In this document: one piece after another, positions 47,030-56,238 of the stretch
How positions within the stretch are numbered: the first letter of the stretch is position 1
Layout: every line of letters begins with the position of its first letter
IMG/VR virus record: IMGVR_UViG_3300042922_001182
Coordinates: 174,985-238,984 of that record
Strand: one strand, 5' to 3'
DNA length: 64,000 nucleotides
Notes under the pieces: generated by a model
Told to the model about the DNA's origin: nothing
The model's database searches: none
What the model saw: only the letters and a program-made list of their open reading frames with translations
Position numbers and translations under genes: made by a program

Positions 47030-47329
47030 ATGCCCTTTGATGAAGATCCCAGGGACGGCATTCCTTATGACAAGGAGTCGTACGAGGAGTGGGAGCGCTC
47101 CCAACAGAAGAAGGTCCAGGTGACCTGGAATGTCGTCGACGAGCAGAAGCTCAGGGCGGCGTACGCCCGGCTCAGCGAGTCCGATCCGCAGGCCTTCCCC
47201 CCGGTGCTGGACGGCGGCGTCGAGCAGGTCGCCCGCTACGTCGCCGTCAACATCGACACCTACTGCCACCGCTTCACCAAGGTCCCGCTCGGGAGCTGGG
47301 GGGACGTCGGACTGGAGCTGACGAAATGA
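47030..47329 (+). CDS. Hypothetical protein, paralog of 60073
   Basis: VTWNVVDEQKLRAAYARL. Confidence 0.7.
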   Translation: MPFDEDPRDGIPYDKESYEEWERSQQKKVQVTWNVVDEQKLRAAYARLSESDPQAFPPVLDGGVEQVARYVAVNIDTYCHRFTKVPLGSWGDVGLELTK

Positions 47330-47343
47330 GAAAGGAAGGAACG

Positions 47344-47805
47344 TTGAGCGAGTACAAGCTATTGACGGGGGCGTTCAACCCCCTCGACATGATGCTCCCG
47401 CACGGCTACGACGACGACTTCGAGACGGAGTGCGCCGCCGGTGAGGCCTACGGGCGGGAGATGCTCATCGCGCTCGGCGGCGACCCCGACCGGGACGAGC
47501 TCGTCGTCATCTACGGCTACGAGACCCCCACAGGGGCCAACGCGGAGCTGTGGGCGGCCGTTCACCTGGGGTTCTTCCCGGGAGCAACCGGCCCCCTCGC
47601 GGAGGCCCTGGGGGTCTTGTGCGTGCAGTCCAAGGGCGTCAGCGCCTCGGTCCACCATGACGTCGAGGGCCACGAGCCGGTCATCGGCATCGCCAACCAG
47701 GACTCCTGCCCCGTCGGCGTCTTCGTGCTGAAGCGCGAGCTGGTCCGCCTGAAGGAGCAAGGCGGGATGGACTACGAGCTTGAGGAGGCGAAAGAAAATG
47801 GCTAG
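47344..47805 (+). CDS. Hypothetical acidic protein
   Basis: TTG after SD (or ATG at 47326). Confidence 0.65.
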   Translation: MSEYKLLTGAFNPLDMMLPHGYDDDFETECAAGEAYGREMLIALGGDPDRDELVVIYGYETPTGANAELWAAVHLGFFPGATGPLAEALGVLCVQSKGVSASVHHDVEGHEPVIGIANQDSCPVGVFVLKRELVRLKEQGGMDYELEEAKENG

Positions 47806-48424
47806 AACCTTCACCCCCATCGAATCCGTCGACTTCCCCATGACCGCCCGACCCGGTTACACCTACCGGGCCTCGTTCGGGTACCAGCAGAGGCACGGCG
47901 GCGAGGGCGTGGTCGCAGCTGTCATCGTCCGGGTGGTGGACGACCGCACCGGCCACGTTCTGGGTCGCATGAGCCCCACCTATGCCAACGCCACCGACCT
48001 GGAGCGGATGCACAAGGAGGTGGACAGCCTTGTGGAGAAGTACAAGCAGCAGCTCGACAAGAACGAGGCCGCCGTCAAGGACAACAGCTCGGCCGTGGAA
48101 CGGGCCAAGGCCATCGTAGGTTTCAAGGACAAGCTCAAGTCCATGGAGTTCCACGGCGACCTGTGGATCGGGGTCGGGGAGGTGTCCGTCACCTTCGGCG
48201 AGAAGCTGGGGCTGGATGACAAGCGCCATTTCACGGACGAGCAGCTGCTCGGCGTCTTCGCCGACCACTTCGCCAACCAGTTTCCGGCAGCCTTCGGCAA
48301 GAAGCGCCAGGAGATCATCGACCTCCTCGACGAGTGGGAGAAGTACGATCCCTTCGACGACAAGGAGCTCCTGCTCGGCGTCGCCAACAGGATCGTGCCC
48401 ATCCTCAGTAAAATGGTGGAATAG
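47798..48424 (+). CDS. Hypothetical protein
   Basis: SD GAGGAGG; terminator downstream. Confidence 0.7.
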   Translation: MARTFTPIESVDFPMTARPGYTYRASFGYQQRHGGEGVVAAVIVRVVDDRTGHVLGRMSPTYANATDLERMHKEVDSLVEKYKQQLDKNEAAVKDNSSAVERAKAIVGFKDKLKSMEFHGDLWIGVGEVSVTFGEKLGLDDKRHFTDEQLLGVFADHFANQFPAAFGKKRQEIIDLLDEWEKYDPFDDKELLLGVANRIVPILSKMVE

Positions 48425-48436
48425 GAAGGAAAGAGT

Positions 48437-48464
48437 CCCAAGGGCCCCTGTCGGGTCCCTTGGG
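48437..48464. terminator. Hairpin between convergent genes
   Basis: CCCAAGGGCCC/GGGTCCCTTGGG imperfect stem. Confidence 0.55.
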
Positions 48465-48476
48465 GTTGTCTCGATC

Positions 48477-48878
48477 CTAGTCCTTGGTCTCCTCCACGGA
48501 GACCTTGCCCTTGAAGCCCTTGAGGTCCACGCCGTCCTTGGCCCTCGCGACGGCCTCGCCGCCGCTACCGGCCCAGCCGACGACCACCTTGTCCTCGCCG
48601 CCGTCGGCGGAGTGGAAGGTGACCTTGAACTTCTTGTCGCCGGGCTGCTTGCCGTCCTCGCCGGTCTTGAACGACGCCAGCTCGGCCTCGCTCACCACCC
48701 GGTTCAGGCCGGTCAGGCGGCACCCGGGGTACTCCCGGGCGAAGCCCTCAAGGATGGCCACGGCGTCCTCGGAGTCGCTGAACCTCGTCAGCACACCCCC
48801 CTCCAGGGTGACGTACTCGACGGCCCAGACGGCGCCATCCGGCGCAGCGCCCGCGAGCGCTGAGAAACGATCTGTCAT
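48477..48878 (-). CDS. Hypothetical late protein (isolated antisense gene)
   Basis: SD AGGAGGT before ATG 48878; late promoter at 48909-48920. Confidence 0.7.
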   Translation of the reverse strand: MTDRFSALAGAAPDGAVWAVEYVTLEGGVLTRFSDSEDAVAILEGFAREYPGCRLTGLNRVVSEAELASFKTGEDGKQPGDKKFKVTFHSADGGEDKVVVGWAGSGGEAVARAKDGVDLKGFKGKVSVEETKD

Positions 48879-48908
48879 AGCTTTACCTCCTACGCGCCTC
48901 TGCGCTGT

Positions 48909-48920
48909 CATAGGAGTGTT
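48909..48920 (-). promoter_or_regulatory. Late-type promoter AACA-N6-TG
   Basis: AACActcctaTG. Confidence 0.6.
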
Positions 48921-48967
48921 CCCCACCACAGCGAAAGTCCCCTCTGAGGGAGAATAGGAGAACCGAA

Positions 48968-49159
48968 ATGACCTACAACTACACCGTTACCGGCGTGCTG
49001 CCTGACGAGAACGCGGAAGTGATGATCTCCTCGGAGAAGGAGATCAAGGTCAACGACATCATCCGTGTGGATAACCAGGAGTACTACGTCACCGAGGTTG
49101 ATGGCCGTAGCGTCGAAGTCGTCGATGTCGCCATCGTCCAGGTCCAGCGAATCAGCTAG
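48968..49159 (+). CDS. Small beta-rich protein
   Basis: SD AGGAG; 63 aa. Confidence 0.65.
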   Translation: MTYNYTVTGVLPDENAEVMISSEKEIKVNDIIRVDNQEYYVTEVDGRSVEVVDVAIVQVQRIS

Positions 49160-49178
49160 AGAAAGGAACACAGAGAAA

Positions 49179-49790
49179 ATGGATAAGACCAAGGTAATCG
49201 ACTCCCTCATCGCGGCCCCCATCACCGTGGAACGGAATACCGTCATCCGCCAGACCTGGGAGAACGAGCAGGGGCACCAGGTGGTCCTGGCGTACAGCCC
49301 GCTGGCGTCCTACCCCAAGGCCCCCTTCTCGGTGGAGGTGTTCAGCGTCCCCCTGGCCGAGGGCGAGCCGGAGTACGTCGTCAGCGCCCCGACCATCGGG
49401 AGGGCCCTGATGGAGGCCTCCTACGACGTCGGCTTCATCCGCCCCCAGCTCATCGCCAGGTCGCTCCTCCAGGACGCCCTCGCCCTGGAGGAGCGGGGGT
49501 GGGTCATCACCGACATCTCGGAGCCCTTCCAGAGGGTCTACGAGTCCGCCGTGGAGATCCGCGCCTTCTGGAAGAAGCACAGCTCCTACCACATCTCCCT
49601 AGCGAACGAGAGCGGTACGGTGATCACCGTCAGCGGCGGCGAGGGCGCTAACCTCTTCTCCGAGACCGAGATCGGCGGCGAGGAGCTCAACCGGTGGAAC
49701 TGGCACCCCCTCCTCAGCCGCAAGGTCATCCCTGACCTCTCGGAGGTCGTCACGGTCGCCGAGGAGCACATCAACGAAGTTAGCTGCTAG
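49179..49790 (+). CDS. Hypothetical protein
   Basis: SD AAAGGA. Confidence 0.7.
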   Translation: MDKTKVIDSLIAAPITVERNTVIRQTWENEQGHQVVLAYSPLASYPKAPFSVEVFSVPLAEGEPEYVVSAPTIGRALMEASYDVGFIRPQLIARSLLQDALALEERGWVITDISEPFQRVYESAVEIRAFWKKHSSYHISLANESGTVITVSGGEGANLFSETEIGGEELNRWNWHPLLSRKVIPDLSEVVTVAEEHINEVSC

Positions 49791-49815
49791 CGCGGCGAAA
49801 GGAAAGGAGAACGCA

Positions 49816-50235
49816 TTGGAAGACAAGGAATTCGTGCTGAGCCGGTTCCCCGACTCGAAGGCCGAGACCGGCGAGGACGGCGGCGTGTACATCGTGACCT
49901 CCGTCCGGGGCCAATACCGCTCCAGGGCCATCGTCGAGGTGGACCCCGAGCCCGACAACGAGGCCGACGCCTGGACCGAGGTGGCCAACTTCATCCGATC
50001 GGCCGACGAGGACAGAGCGAAGTCCTACATGATGCCCCTGACCAAGGAGGACTGGATGCGGTCGTTCTCCGACTACGTCCCGCCCGAGAAGCCCGGGGGC
50101 GAGCCCAACCTCATCACCGTGGTGGTTGAGATCTTACCCGGGCTGAAGCCCGACGACGTGGCCGAGGAGCTGGTAGGCGCCTTGTCCAAGGTCAACGGAA
50201 TCATCGAGACACGAGAGATCAAGGAGGTCAAGTAG
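49816..50235 (+). CDS. Hypothetical acidic protein
   Basis: TTG start after SD AAAGGAG. Confidence 0.65.
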   Translation: MEDKEFVLSRFPDSKAETGEDGGVYIVTSVRGQYRSRAIVEVDPEPDNEADAWTEVANFIRSADEDRAKSYMMPLTKEDWMRSFSDYVPPEKPGGEPNLITVVVEILPGLKPDDVAEELVGALSKVNGIIETREIKEVK

Positions 50236-50238
50236 ACC

Positions 50239-50883
50239 ATGAGCAACTACGTGGACCCGACCACCGCCGCCATCAGGAACGCGTGGGTGGAAGAGGGCAA
50301 GGAATTCCCGGTGGACATGGCCCTCGGGCGGCGAACGTTCGTCCGAGTCGGGAACGCCGTGGAGGAGCGCGGTACGTACTGGCAATCCGGCGAGAGCTAC
50401 GTCGTCCACCGCTACCGAGTCCTGGACAACGACTACATCGACTACCTCTCGGAGGAGAAGATCGCCGTGCTGGAGCGGTACCCCGACGCCAGGGAGGTGC
50501 AGGGTGAGGACGGTACCTGGGACATCCTCACGCCCCAGTACCGGCTCAGCGAGGGTGACGACCACGTCGAGGCCAAGGATGCCTGGAAGGACGCCGCCAA
50601 GAGCATCCGACAGAACGACGAGGACGCCGCCGTCACCCTGGACGAGACCTGGGCCTACGTCAACTCCGAGGAGGACAAGGACCCCGAAGGCGAGGAGTGG
50701 CAGCACGGCGGCGAGGGTCGGGACGCCAAGGTCGGTATCCTGAACGCCGTCGGGGCGGTCAAAGAGCTCGTCGAGAAGATGGAGGCCATGGACAAGGTCA
50801 AGGCTCTCCCCGTCGACCTCTGGGCGGCTGTCGAGAAGGTCAAGCTCTACGTCCAGGGACCCGACAAGGAGCCGACGTCATGA
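50239..50883 (+). CDS. Hypothetical acidic protein
   Basis: 214 aa; SD AAGGAGG. Confidence 0.7.
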   Translation: MSNYVDPTTAAIRNAWVEEGKEFPVDMALGRRTFVRVGNAVEERGTYWQSGESYVVHRYRVLDNDYIDYLSEEKIAVLERYPDAREVQGEDGTWDILTPQYRLSEGDDHVEAKDAWKDAAKSIRQNDEDAAVTLDETWAYVNSEEDKDPEGEEWQHGGEGRDAKVGILNAVGAVKELVEKMEAMDKVKALPVDLWAAVEKVKLYVQGPDKEPTS

Positions 50884-51221
50884 GCGAAAGCGAGGATCAG
50901 AAGCCCCCCGTCGTCCACCACCCCCTCTCCTACGACGTCGCGGAGGAGAGATCGATCTACATCCCATCCTCCCAAGAGGAGCACTACAACGCCACCGGCT
51001 TCTGGCTCGGCGATGGAAGGCTCATCGTCAACATCCGGGACTACAACACCGACGACAACTTCAACACCGTCTTCGAGGGAATCCCTGATTCGGACCTGAC
51101 CCTGATCATGTACACAAACGGCGAGGGTCAGTACGTGGCCGCGCTGGTCGAGGGGGATGTCGAGTGGGACGGCGACCCGTCGTCGCTGGGGCTCCCCGGT
51201 GGGAAGGGGGGCAACGCGTGA
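50880..51221 (+). CDS. Hypothetical acidic protein
   Basis: ATGA coupling. Confidence 0.65.
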   Translation: MSESEDQKPPVVHHPLSYDVAEERSIYIPSSQEEHYNATGFWLGDGRLIVNIRDYNTDDNFNTVFEGIPDSDLTLIMYTNGEGQYVAALVEGDVEWDGDPSSLGLPGGKGGNA

Positions 51222-51502
51222 ACGAGTTCCTGATCGAGAGCCTGTTCGCCGACGTCCCTCCCCTCCAGGTCACCCTGGGCAACTGGAGGGACACCCCCGA
51301 CGGCAGGGAGGTGTGCGACGCCACCCTGACGGACGGGGCGGAGAGCGTGGTCATGACCCGCTACTCCCCCTCACCAATCAGCCGGGGCCAGGACGACTGG
51401 GTCGACGACATGGTGACCTTCATCGAGGCCGTCACGGACGACCCAGATCAGAGAAGGGCCCACGAGCTGTGGGCGGGCAAGTACGAGAGCCCCATCGACT
51501 AG
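51218..51502 (+). CDS. Hypothetical acidic protein
   Basis: GTGA coupling. Confidence 0.6.
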   Translation: MNEFLIESLFADVPPLQVTLGNWRDTPDGREVCDATLTDGAESVVMTRYSPSPISRGQDDWVDDMVTFIEAVTDDPDQRRAHELWAGKYESPID

Positions 51503-51515
51503 AGAGGAAAAGGCC

Positions 51516-52169
51516 ATGATCACACATCAACAGAGGCTGACCGCCCTGTTCAAGAGCCTGGCGGAGCTACGCGGGGCCGCCCTGGACGAGAGGCCGGTCA
51601 ACGACGAGGGCGCCACGCCGGTCGCCATCGTGGCCCGGCTACCCTCTGGCAGGGGGGTCAAGCTCAACACGGGGGACAGGTACACCCCCCACGAGGGGTA
51701 CGTCTGGTTCAGGGAGGCGGACTCCTACCAACAGGCCGCGTTCGACCTCATGGACGAGGAGTACGGGTCCAAGCTGCTCCTAGCCGCCTTCGACCGCAAG
51801 CGCCTACCGAGCGCCTCCAAGACCGCCAAGGCCGACAACCAGGCGTGGGCCGACAGGGTGAAGCGCGTCGTGGAGTCCATGGGGCTCGGCTGGGAGCTGC
51901 GCTGGGCCGAGGCGTACCTGAACGACGGGAACGAGGCCAAGGCGTGCGCCATCTACGGCCTGCCGGGCACAGCAACGGACAACGCCGAGAGCCGAGCGAT
52001 GACGGCCTCGTTCCAGGCCAAGACGGGGGCGTACGCCCACTTCCACCACGGCCCCCCGTGGGGGCCTCCGACCGCCTCCGCCAGGTGGGACGACGACGAG
52101 GGCATCCGACGGGCCGTTCAGGCCATCGCCGACCTCGGGCCGTTCCAGATGAACGAAGGCGTCAGGTAG
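51516..52169 (+). CDS. Hypothetical protein
   Basis: 217 aa; SD GAGGA. Confidence 0.7.
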   Translation: MITHQQRLTALFKSLAELRGAALDERPVNDEGATPVAIVARLPSGRGVKLNTGDRYTPHEGYVWFREADSYQQAAFDLMDEEYGSKLLLAAFDRKRLPSASKTAKADNQAWADRVKRVVESMGLGWELRWAEAYLNDGNEAKACAIYGLPGTATDNAESRAMTASFQAKTGAYAHFHHGPPWGPPTASARWDDDEGIRRAVQAIADLGPFQMNEGVR

Positions 52170-52300
52170 GTGGAGCCCTTGCCCCACCTCTACGACTGGG
52201 GGATGTGGTTGGTGCTCGCCGCGATGGCGGGCGTCTCGGCCCTGGTCGGCGTGATAGCGGAGGCCCTCATCAGGAGGGCCAGAGAAAGAAGGCTAGAGAA

Positions 52301-52561
52301 ATGATTCTGAAGATGAAGGGGTACCCTACGGTCGAGATCGCCGATTTCGCCGAGGCCTCCAAGGTGTTCTGCGAGCGGCGCGAGGAGTCGGGCCTCGGTT
52401 TCAGGGACTTCGTCGACGGGTTCGTCTACGAGGGGAAGAAGAAGGTCGCCCGGATCAGCTACAACGGCCGCGTCTGGCCGCCGGGGCCCTACAAGGAGGG
52501 CCAGGTCCCCCTCTGGGACAACCGGAGGGGTAGCGATACTAGAGAGAAAGAAGGTAGCTAG
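52301..52561 (+). CDS. Hypothetical protein (ARISYNGRVW motif)
   Basis: ATG 52301; typical codon usage. Confidence 0.6.
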   Translation: MILKMKGYPTVEIADFAEASKVFCERREESGLGFRDFVDGFVYEGKKKVARISYNGRVWPPGPYKEGQVPLWDNRRGSDTREKEGS

Positions 52562-52562
52562 C

Positions 52563-52736
52563 ATGTCCAAGAAGTACAAGTTCGACGTCATGGTGCAGAA
52601 GCCCAACAGCAGCGCTCATCGCCACGACGGGGTCAACTCCTTCGTCCAGACCATCGAGGTGGAAAGCACCCAGGAGGCCCTGGAGGCCCTCGGGAGCTAC
52701 AAGCTCGTCGTGGTCCCCTCGGACCAGGAGGGCTAG
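52563..52736 (+). CDS. Small hypothetical protein
   Basis: 57-aa ORF MSKKYKFDV read manually; below the ORF-track cutoff. Confidence 0.55.
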   Translation: MSKKYKFDVMVQKPNSSAHRHDGVNSFVQTIEVESTQEALEALGSYKLVVVPSDQEG

Positions 52737-52739
52737 GGC

Positions 52740-52946
52740 ATGGCGGACACGCACACCTTCGCCAACCTCATCTCCCCCCTGGTGGCCTCGCTCGTCATGT
52801 ACGAGCGGGCCGGGGACGGCAACGACCTCAAGGACGAGTTCGCCGACCACCTGGCCGAGACCTCGCGCAGGATGATCGTCAAGATGGCGGACATCGAGGG
52901 CCCCCACCAGGAGGCCTTCAGGGCCGCCGCCAGGCTGCTCACGTAG
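52740..52946 (+). CDS. Small hypothetical protein
   Basis: SD GGAGG; 68 aa. Confidence 0.6.
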   Translation: MADTHTFANLISPLVASLVMYERAGDGNDLKDEFADHLAETSRRMIVKMADIEGPHQEAFRAAARLLT

Positions 52947-52961
52947 AGGGGGGCATCCACC

Positions 52962-53261
52962 ATGGACAAGTTCACGAAGGAGCTCCTGGACGGGCTGACG
53001 AAGGTCGACCCCATCGAGGAGCGCCCCAACCTCTACCACGCCGTCGTCACGGAGAAGCTCGAAGATGATCTCGACTGGGGCACCCTGGAGGACCTGGGGT
53101 ACCGCATGCTGGGCCTCGATGAGGGGGCCATCTCCGACGAGGCCCTGCTCACCTTCGCCGACGCCCTGGACGAGATCGGCGTGGACCTCCACGTCGTCGA
53201 GCACTGGTGCTGCGGCCCCCAGGCCATCAAGCTGGTCAAGAGAGAGGAGACCGAGTCGTGA
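52962..53261 (+). CDS. Small, highly acidic protein
   Basis: 99 aa, D/E-rich. Confidence 0.65.
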   Translation: MDKFTKELLDGLTKVDPIEERPNLYHAVVTEKLEDDLDWGTLEDLGYRMLGLDEGAISDEALLTFADALDEIGVDLHVVEHWCCGPQAIKLVKREETES

Positions 53262-54004
53262 AGAAGGAACCCGGCATCGTCGAGATGCTCGACGCCCTGA
53301 TCGCACTCCAGCAGGAGACCAACCGCCTCCTGGGGATCCTCGTGGAGCGAGAGCTACCCGGGGTGGACCACACGCAGCCCACCATGGCCCGCCGCCGCGA
53401 GACCGTCCTCGGGGTGGACCACACGCAGCACACCAGGAAGCCCACCCGGATACGGGAGTACCCGGAGGACTACCGGAGGGAGGCGGTCTCCCTTTACGAG
53501 GACCAGTCCCTCACCTCCTGGCACACCGCCGAGGAGATGGGCAGGCTCCATCCGGAGATCCAGAAGCCCTCCACCAAGATTATCGACCACTGGGTCAGCC
53601 AGGTCCGTAAGGCCAAGGCATCGAGGCCGGAGAAGCTTCCGGTGATCGAGGCGGGTCAGAGGTGGGTCATTCCCTCTGGTGGCAAGGGATTCAACGCCAC
53701 CGCTCGCAGGGTCTACGAGGTCTCCTATGGGATGGTCTACTTCCTCGGGTCCAACGGGAAGGGCCGCGTAGACAGCCTGAGCAACTTCCAGAGGTTCGTC
53801 GCGGAGCGGAACCCCAGGCTGACGAGCTGGACCCCCGTCCCCACGAAGGCCAAGTGCCTCGTATGCGGGGCGTGGGTAGAGGGTCAGATGCCATCCCACC
53901 TCCGGTGGAACGCCAAGGAGCACCTGCAGAGGAGCCACAAGCTACCTGCGAAGTTGCCCACCTGTTTGAACAAATTCCTTTCCCCGGTGGCGGTTGACCA
54001 ATAA
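53258..54004 (+). CDS. Hypothetical protein with HTH-like and Zn-finger segments
   Basis: REYPEDYRREAVSL (transposase-HTH-like), CLVC..HL..HL..H; GVDHTQ duplicated. Confidence 0.6.
   Translation: MKKEPGIVEMLDALIALQQETNRLLGILVERELPGVDHTQPTMARRRETVLGVDHTQHTRKPTRIREYPEDYRREAVSLYEDQSLTSWHTAEEMGRLHPEIQKPSTKIIDHWVSQVRKAKASRPEKLPVIEAGQRWVIPSGGKGFNATARRVYEVSYGMVYFLGSNGKGRVDSLSNFQRFVAERNPRLTSWTPVPTKAKCLVCGAWVEGQMPSHLRWNAKEHLQRSHKLPAKLPTCLNKFLSPVAVDQ
53359..53429 (+). repeat. 20-nt direct repeat, period 51
   Basis: CGGGGTGGACCACACGCAGC at 53359 and 53410. Confidence 0.85.
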
Positions 54005-54025
54005 TAGAAGAGGAACTATAACACA

Positions 54026-54559
54026 ATGCCTTCAGGAGAGCACGCTAGGAAGATCGGCTACAAGAAGCACGCGGAGATCCAGGCCCTCAGGACCTCCGGG
54101 ATGACGCTCAGGGCCATCGGGTCCAGGTACGGGGTGTCCGCAGAGGCCGTCCGGCTGATCCTCAAGAAGATGGGGTACGTCCACGTCCCCAAGGAGGACC
54201 CCCTCGTAGGGCTGGCCGCGAAGCTGGGCTTCGACCTCGTTTCCAAGAGCGCCAGGGGAATCTGGACGTACCGCTGCCGCAGCTGCGGGCACGAGGCGCA
54301 GTCCAAGCGATCCTCGATCGAGGACGGCACGTTCCGGTGCTCGAAGTGCTCCTACGCGGGCCTGCGGGCGTCCCAGGTGGGCCAGAAGCACGGCCTCTGG
54401 ACCGTGGTGGGCTACCCGGAGACCGGAAAGTGGAGGGTCAGGTGCGCCTGCGGCGTGGAGCGCCTCAGGAACGCCGCCGCCATCAGGACGGGTCGCTCCA
54501 AGGGGTGCTGCAAGTGCCGCCACAGGGCCAGGCAAGACGAGAGGAACGAAGAATCATGA
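54026..54559 (+). CDS. HTH plus CxCG Zn-ribbon DNA-binding protein (homing-endonuclease-associated modules)
   Basis: GMTLRAIGSRYGVSAEAVRLIL HTH; YRCRSCG, GQKHGLWTV..WRVRCACG..GRSKGCCKC. Confidence 0.65.
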   Translation: MPSGEHARKIGYKKHAEIQALRTSGMTLRAIGSRYGVSAEAVRLILKKMGYVHVPKEDPLVGLAAKLGFDLVSKSARGIWTYRCRSCGHEAQSKRSSIEDGTFRCSKCSYAGLRASQVGQKHGLWTVVGYPETGKWRVRCACGVERLRNAAAIRTGRSKGCCKCRHRARQDERNEES

Positions 54560-54871
54560 TAAGTAGAGACACCAGCGTCCTGAGGATGCTCGACGTGAGC
54601 ACCCAGCACCTGGCCCTGCCCACCCGGGCGAGCTACCTCCCGGCCTGCGTCAGGAACCGGGGGGGACTACCCCCTCATCGTCTACGAGAAGGGCGAGTAC
54701 GGGTGGCTCGTCAGGGTCCCCCAGGAGCCCATGGGGGTCCGTGACGCGCACCTCGTCCCCCACGACCTGTGGGGGGTGCTGGTGGTGGCCCGCGAGAGGG
54801 GCTGCGAGTGGGTCCAGCTCGACGTCGAGGGCGACGAGCACCCGTGGCTACCCAGGTACGAGGACGTGTAG
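54556..54871 (+). pseudogene. DUF5983-like gene split by a +1 frameshift at a G7 run
   Basis: LDVSTQHL in one frame; YEKGEYGWLV..ARERGCEWVQLD continues in the +1 frame after G7 at 54659-54665. Confidence 0.6.
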
Positions 54872-54892
54872 AGAAGAAAGGATACCAAGGAT

Positions 54893-55264
54893 ATGTGGAC
54901 AGTGCAGGTCGGCATCGACCTCATCAAGTTGCTCGACGAGGGCGACTACGAGACCGTCAGGCAGTTCGTCGACGCCCACGAGGACGCGGTCAAGACCAAG
55001 CTTACCGTGGACACGGCGGCGGACCACCACAACGGGGAGGAGACGTGGTTCGAGGCCGAGGTCGGCCCGTTCGACGACGCGGTCTCCTACGCGGCGGCCC
55101 TTCCGGCCCTCTCGGGGGCTTTCGTCGTCGTCAGCTGGTCGGCCATGATGGAGCAGGAACCCGTGACCCCTCCCGAGGGCGCCGACCGGGCCCTGATCGA
55201 GGCCGGTTTCGTCCGGCCCGACGAGTCCCCCTACTGGCGCCGAGATCCCAAGGAGGAGAGCTAG
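54893..55264 (+). CDS. Hypothetical acidic protein (tandem paralog A)
   Basis: WTVQV..D...LL..D..TVRQF.DA..WFEAEV. Confidence 0.7.
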   Translation: MWTVQVGIDLIKLLDEGDYETVRQFVDAHEDAVKTKLTVDTAADHHNGEETWFEAEVGPFDDAVSYAAALPALSGAFVVVSWSAMMEQEPVTPPEGADRALIEAGFVRPDESPYWRRDPKEES

Positions 55265-55636
55265 ATGGCCTGGAAGGTACAGGTCGTCGTCGACTTCCAC
55301 CAGCTCCTCCTGGAGCGCGACCACTGGACCGTCAGGGAGTTCATGGACGCCTACGGGATGGCCAAGGAGGACGACATCCTCAACGGCGTGGGCGAGAAGC
55401 ACGAGAGCCAGGACGCCTGGTTCGAGGTCGCCGTGTCCACCTTCGTCGAGGCGAGGGACTACGCCCTGGGCCTGCCCCCGCTGAGGGGCGCGGCGGTCAA
55501 CCTCCGCTGGGACGACGAGGGGGAGCCCCCGGCCTACAGCGCGACCCGCGTGGACGTGCTACTCCAGAGGGGCTTCGTCAAGGACAAGGAAGAGCAGCAC
55601 ATGTGGCGAAAGGAGCCCCAGTATGGAAAGCAATAG
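55265..55636 (+). CDS. Hypothetical acidic protein (tandem paralog B)
   Basis: WKVQV..D...LL..D..TVREF.DA..WFEVAV; same 123-aa length. Confidence 0.7.
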   Translation: MAWKVQVVVDFHQLLLERDHWTVREFMDAYGMAKEDDILNGVGEKHESQDAWFEVAVSTFVEARDYALGLPPLRGAAVNLRWDDEGEPPAYSATRVDVLLQRGFVKDKEEQHMWRKEPQYGKQ

Positions 55637-56222
55637 CAAGGTAGAGTACGAGGAGGCCGAGGAGGGCTCCATCCGCTTCGCCGTCGTGGAGGACATGAAC
55701 GTCGTGGACATGGACGCCCCCGGGTGGCTCCACCTGGGCCCCGGCGAGCCCGTCGCCCGGACCCTGAGGCGGTTCGTCGACGAGCACCAGGCCTCCGTGG
55801 GCCGGGGACCCCTCCAGACGGAGCTCCCCGAGGACGACCCCGCTCACACCGAGGGCAACGAGTGGCCCGAGGACCTCTCCGGGGACGAGGCCGCCGCGAT
55901 GCTCAACGAGGAGCTGGCCGACAGGGGCTACGAGATCGTCGGCGTCATGGACGACTCCGGCGAATCCATCCAGCTGAAGGTGGTGGAGCTGGGCGCGAGC
56001 CCCGAGATCCCCATGAAGAGGTACACGCTCTGCACCGTCGACGTCCAGCTGTCGTTCATGGTGCGGGAGGGCGAGGATCCCATGCCGGTCTACAACCAGC
56101 TCAGCAGCGCCGCAGACGCCCTGGCCAACCACGGGGCCGTCTCCGAGCTCACCTTCGGACCCGGCTACAGCAGCCGCCCCGCCACCGAGCGGGAGGTCCG
56201 TGATCACATCTACGACGCCTAG
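55623..56222 (+). CDS. Hypothetical highly acidic protein
   Basis: 199 aa, D/E-rich. Confidence 0.65.
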   Translation: MESNSKVEYEEAEEGSIRFAVVEDMNVVDMDAPGWLHLGPGEPVARTLRRFVDEHQASVGRGPLQTELPEDDPAHTEGNEWPEDLSGDEAAAMLNEELADRGYEIVGVMDDSGESIQLKVVELGASPEIPMKRYTLCTVDVQLSFMVREGEDPMPVYNQLSSAADALANHGAVSELTFGPGYSSRPATEREVRDHIYDA

Positions 56223-56238
56223 AGAGAAGGGAATAGCC

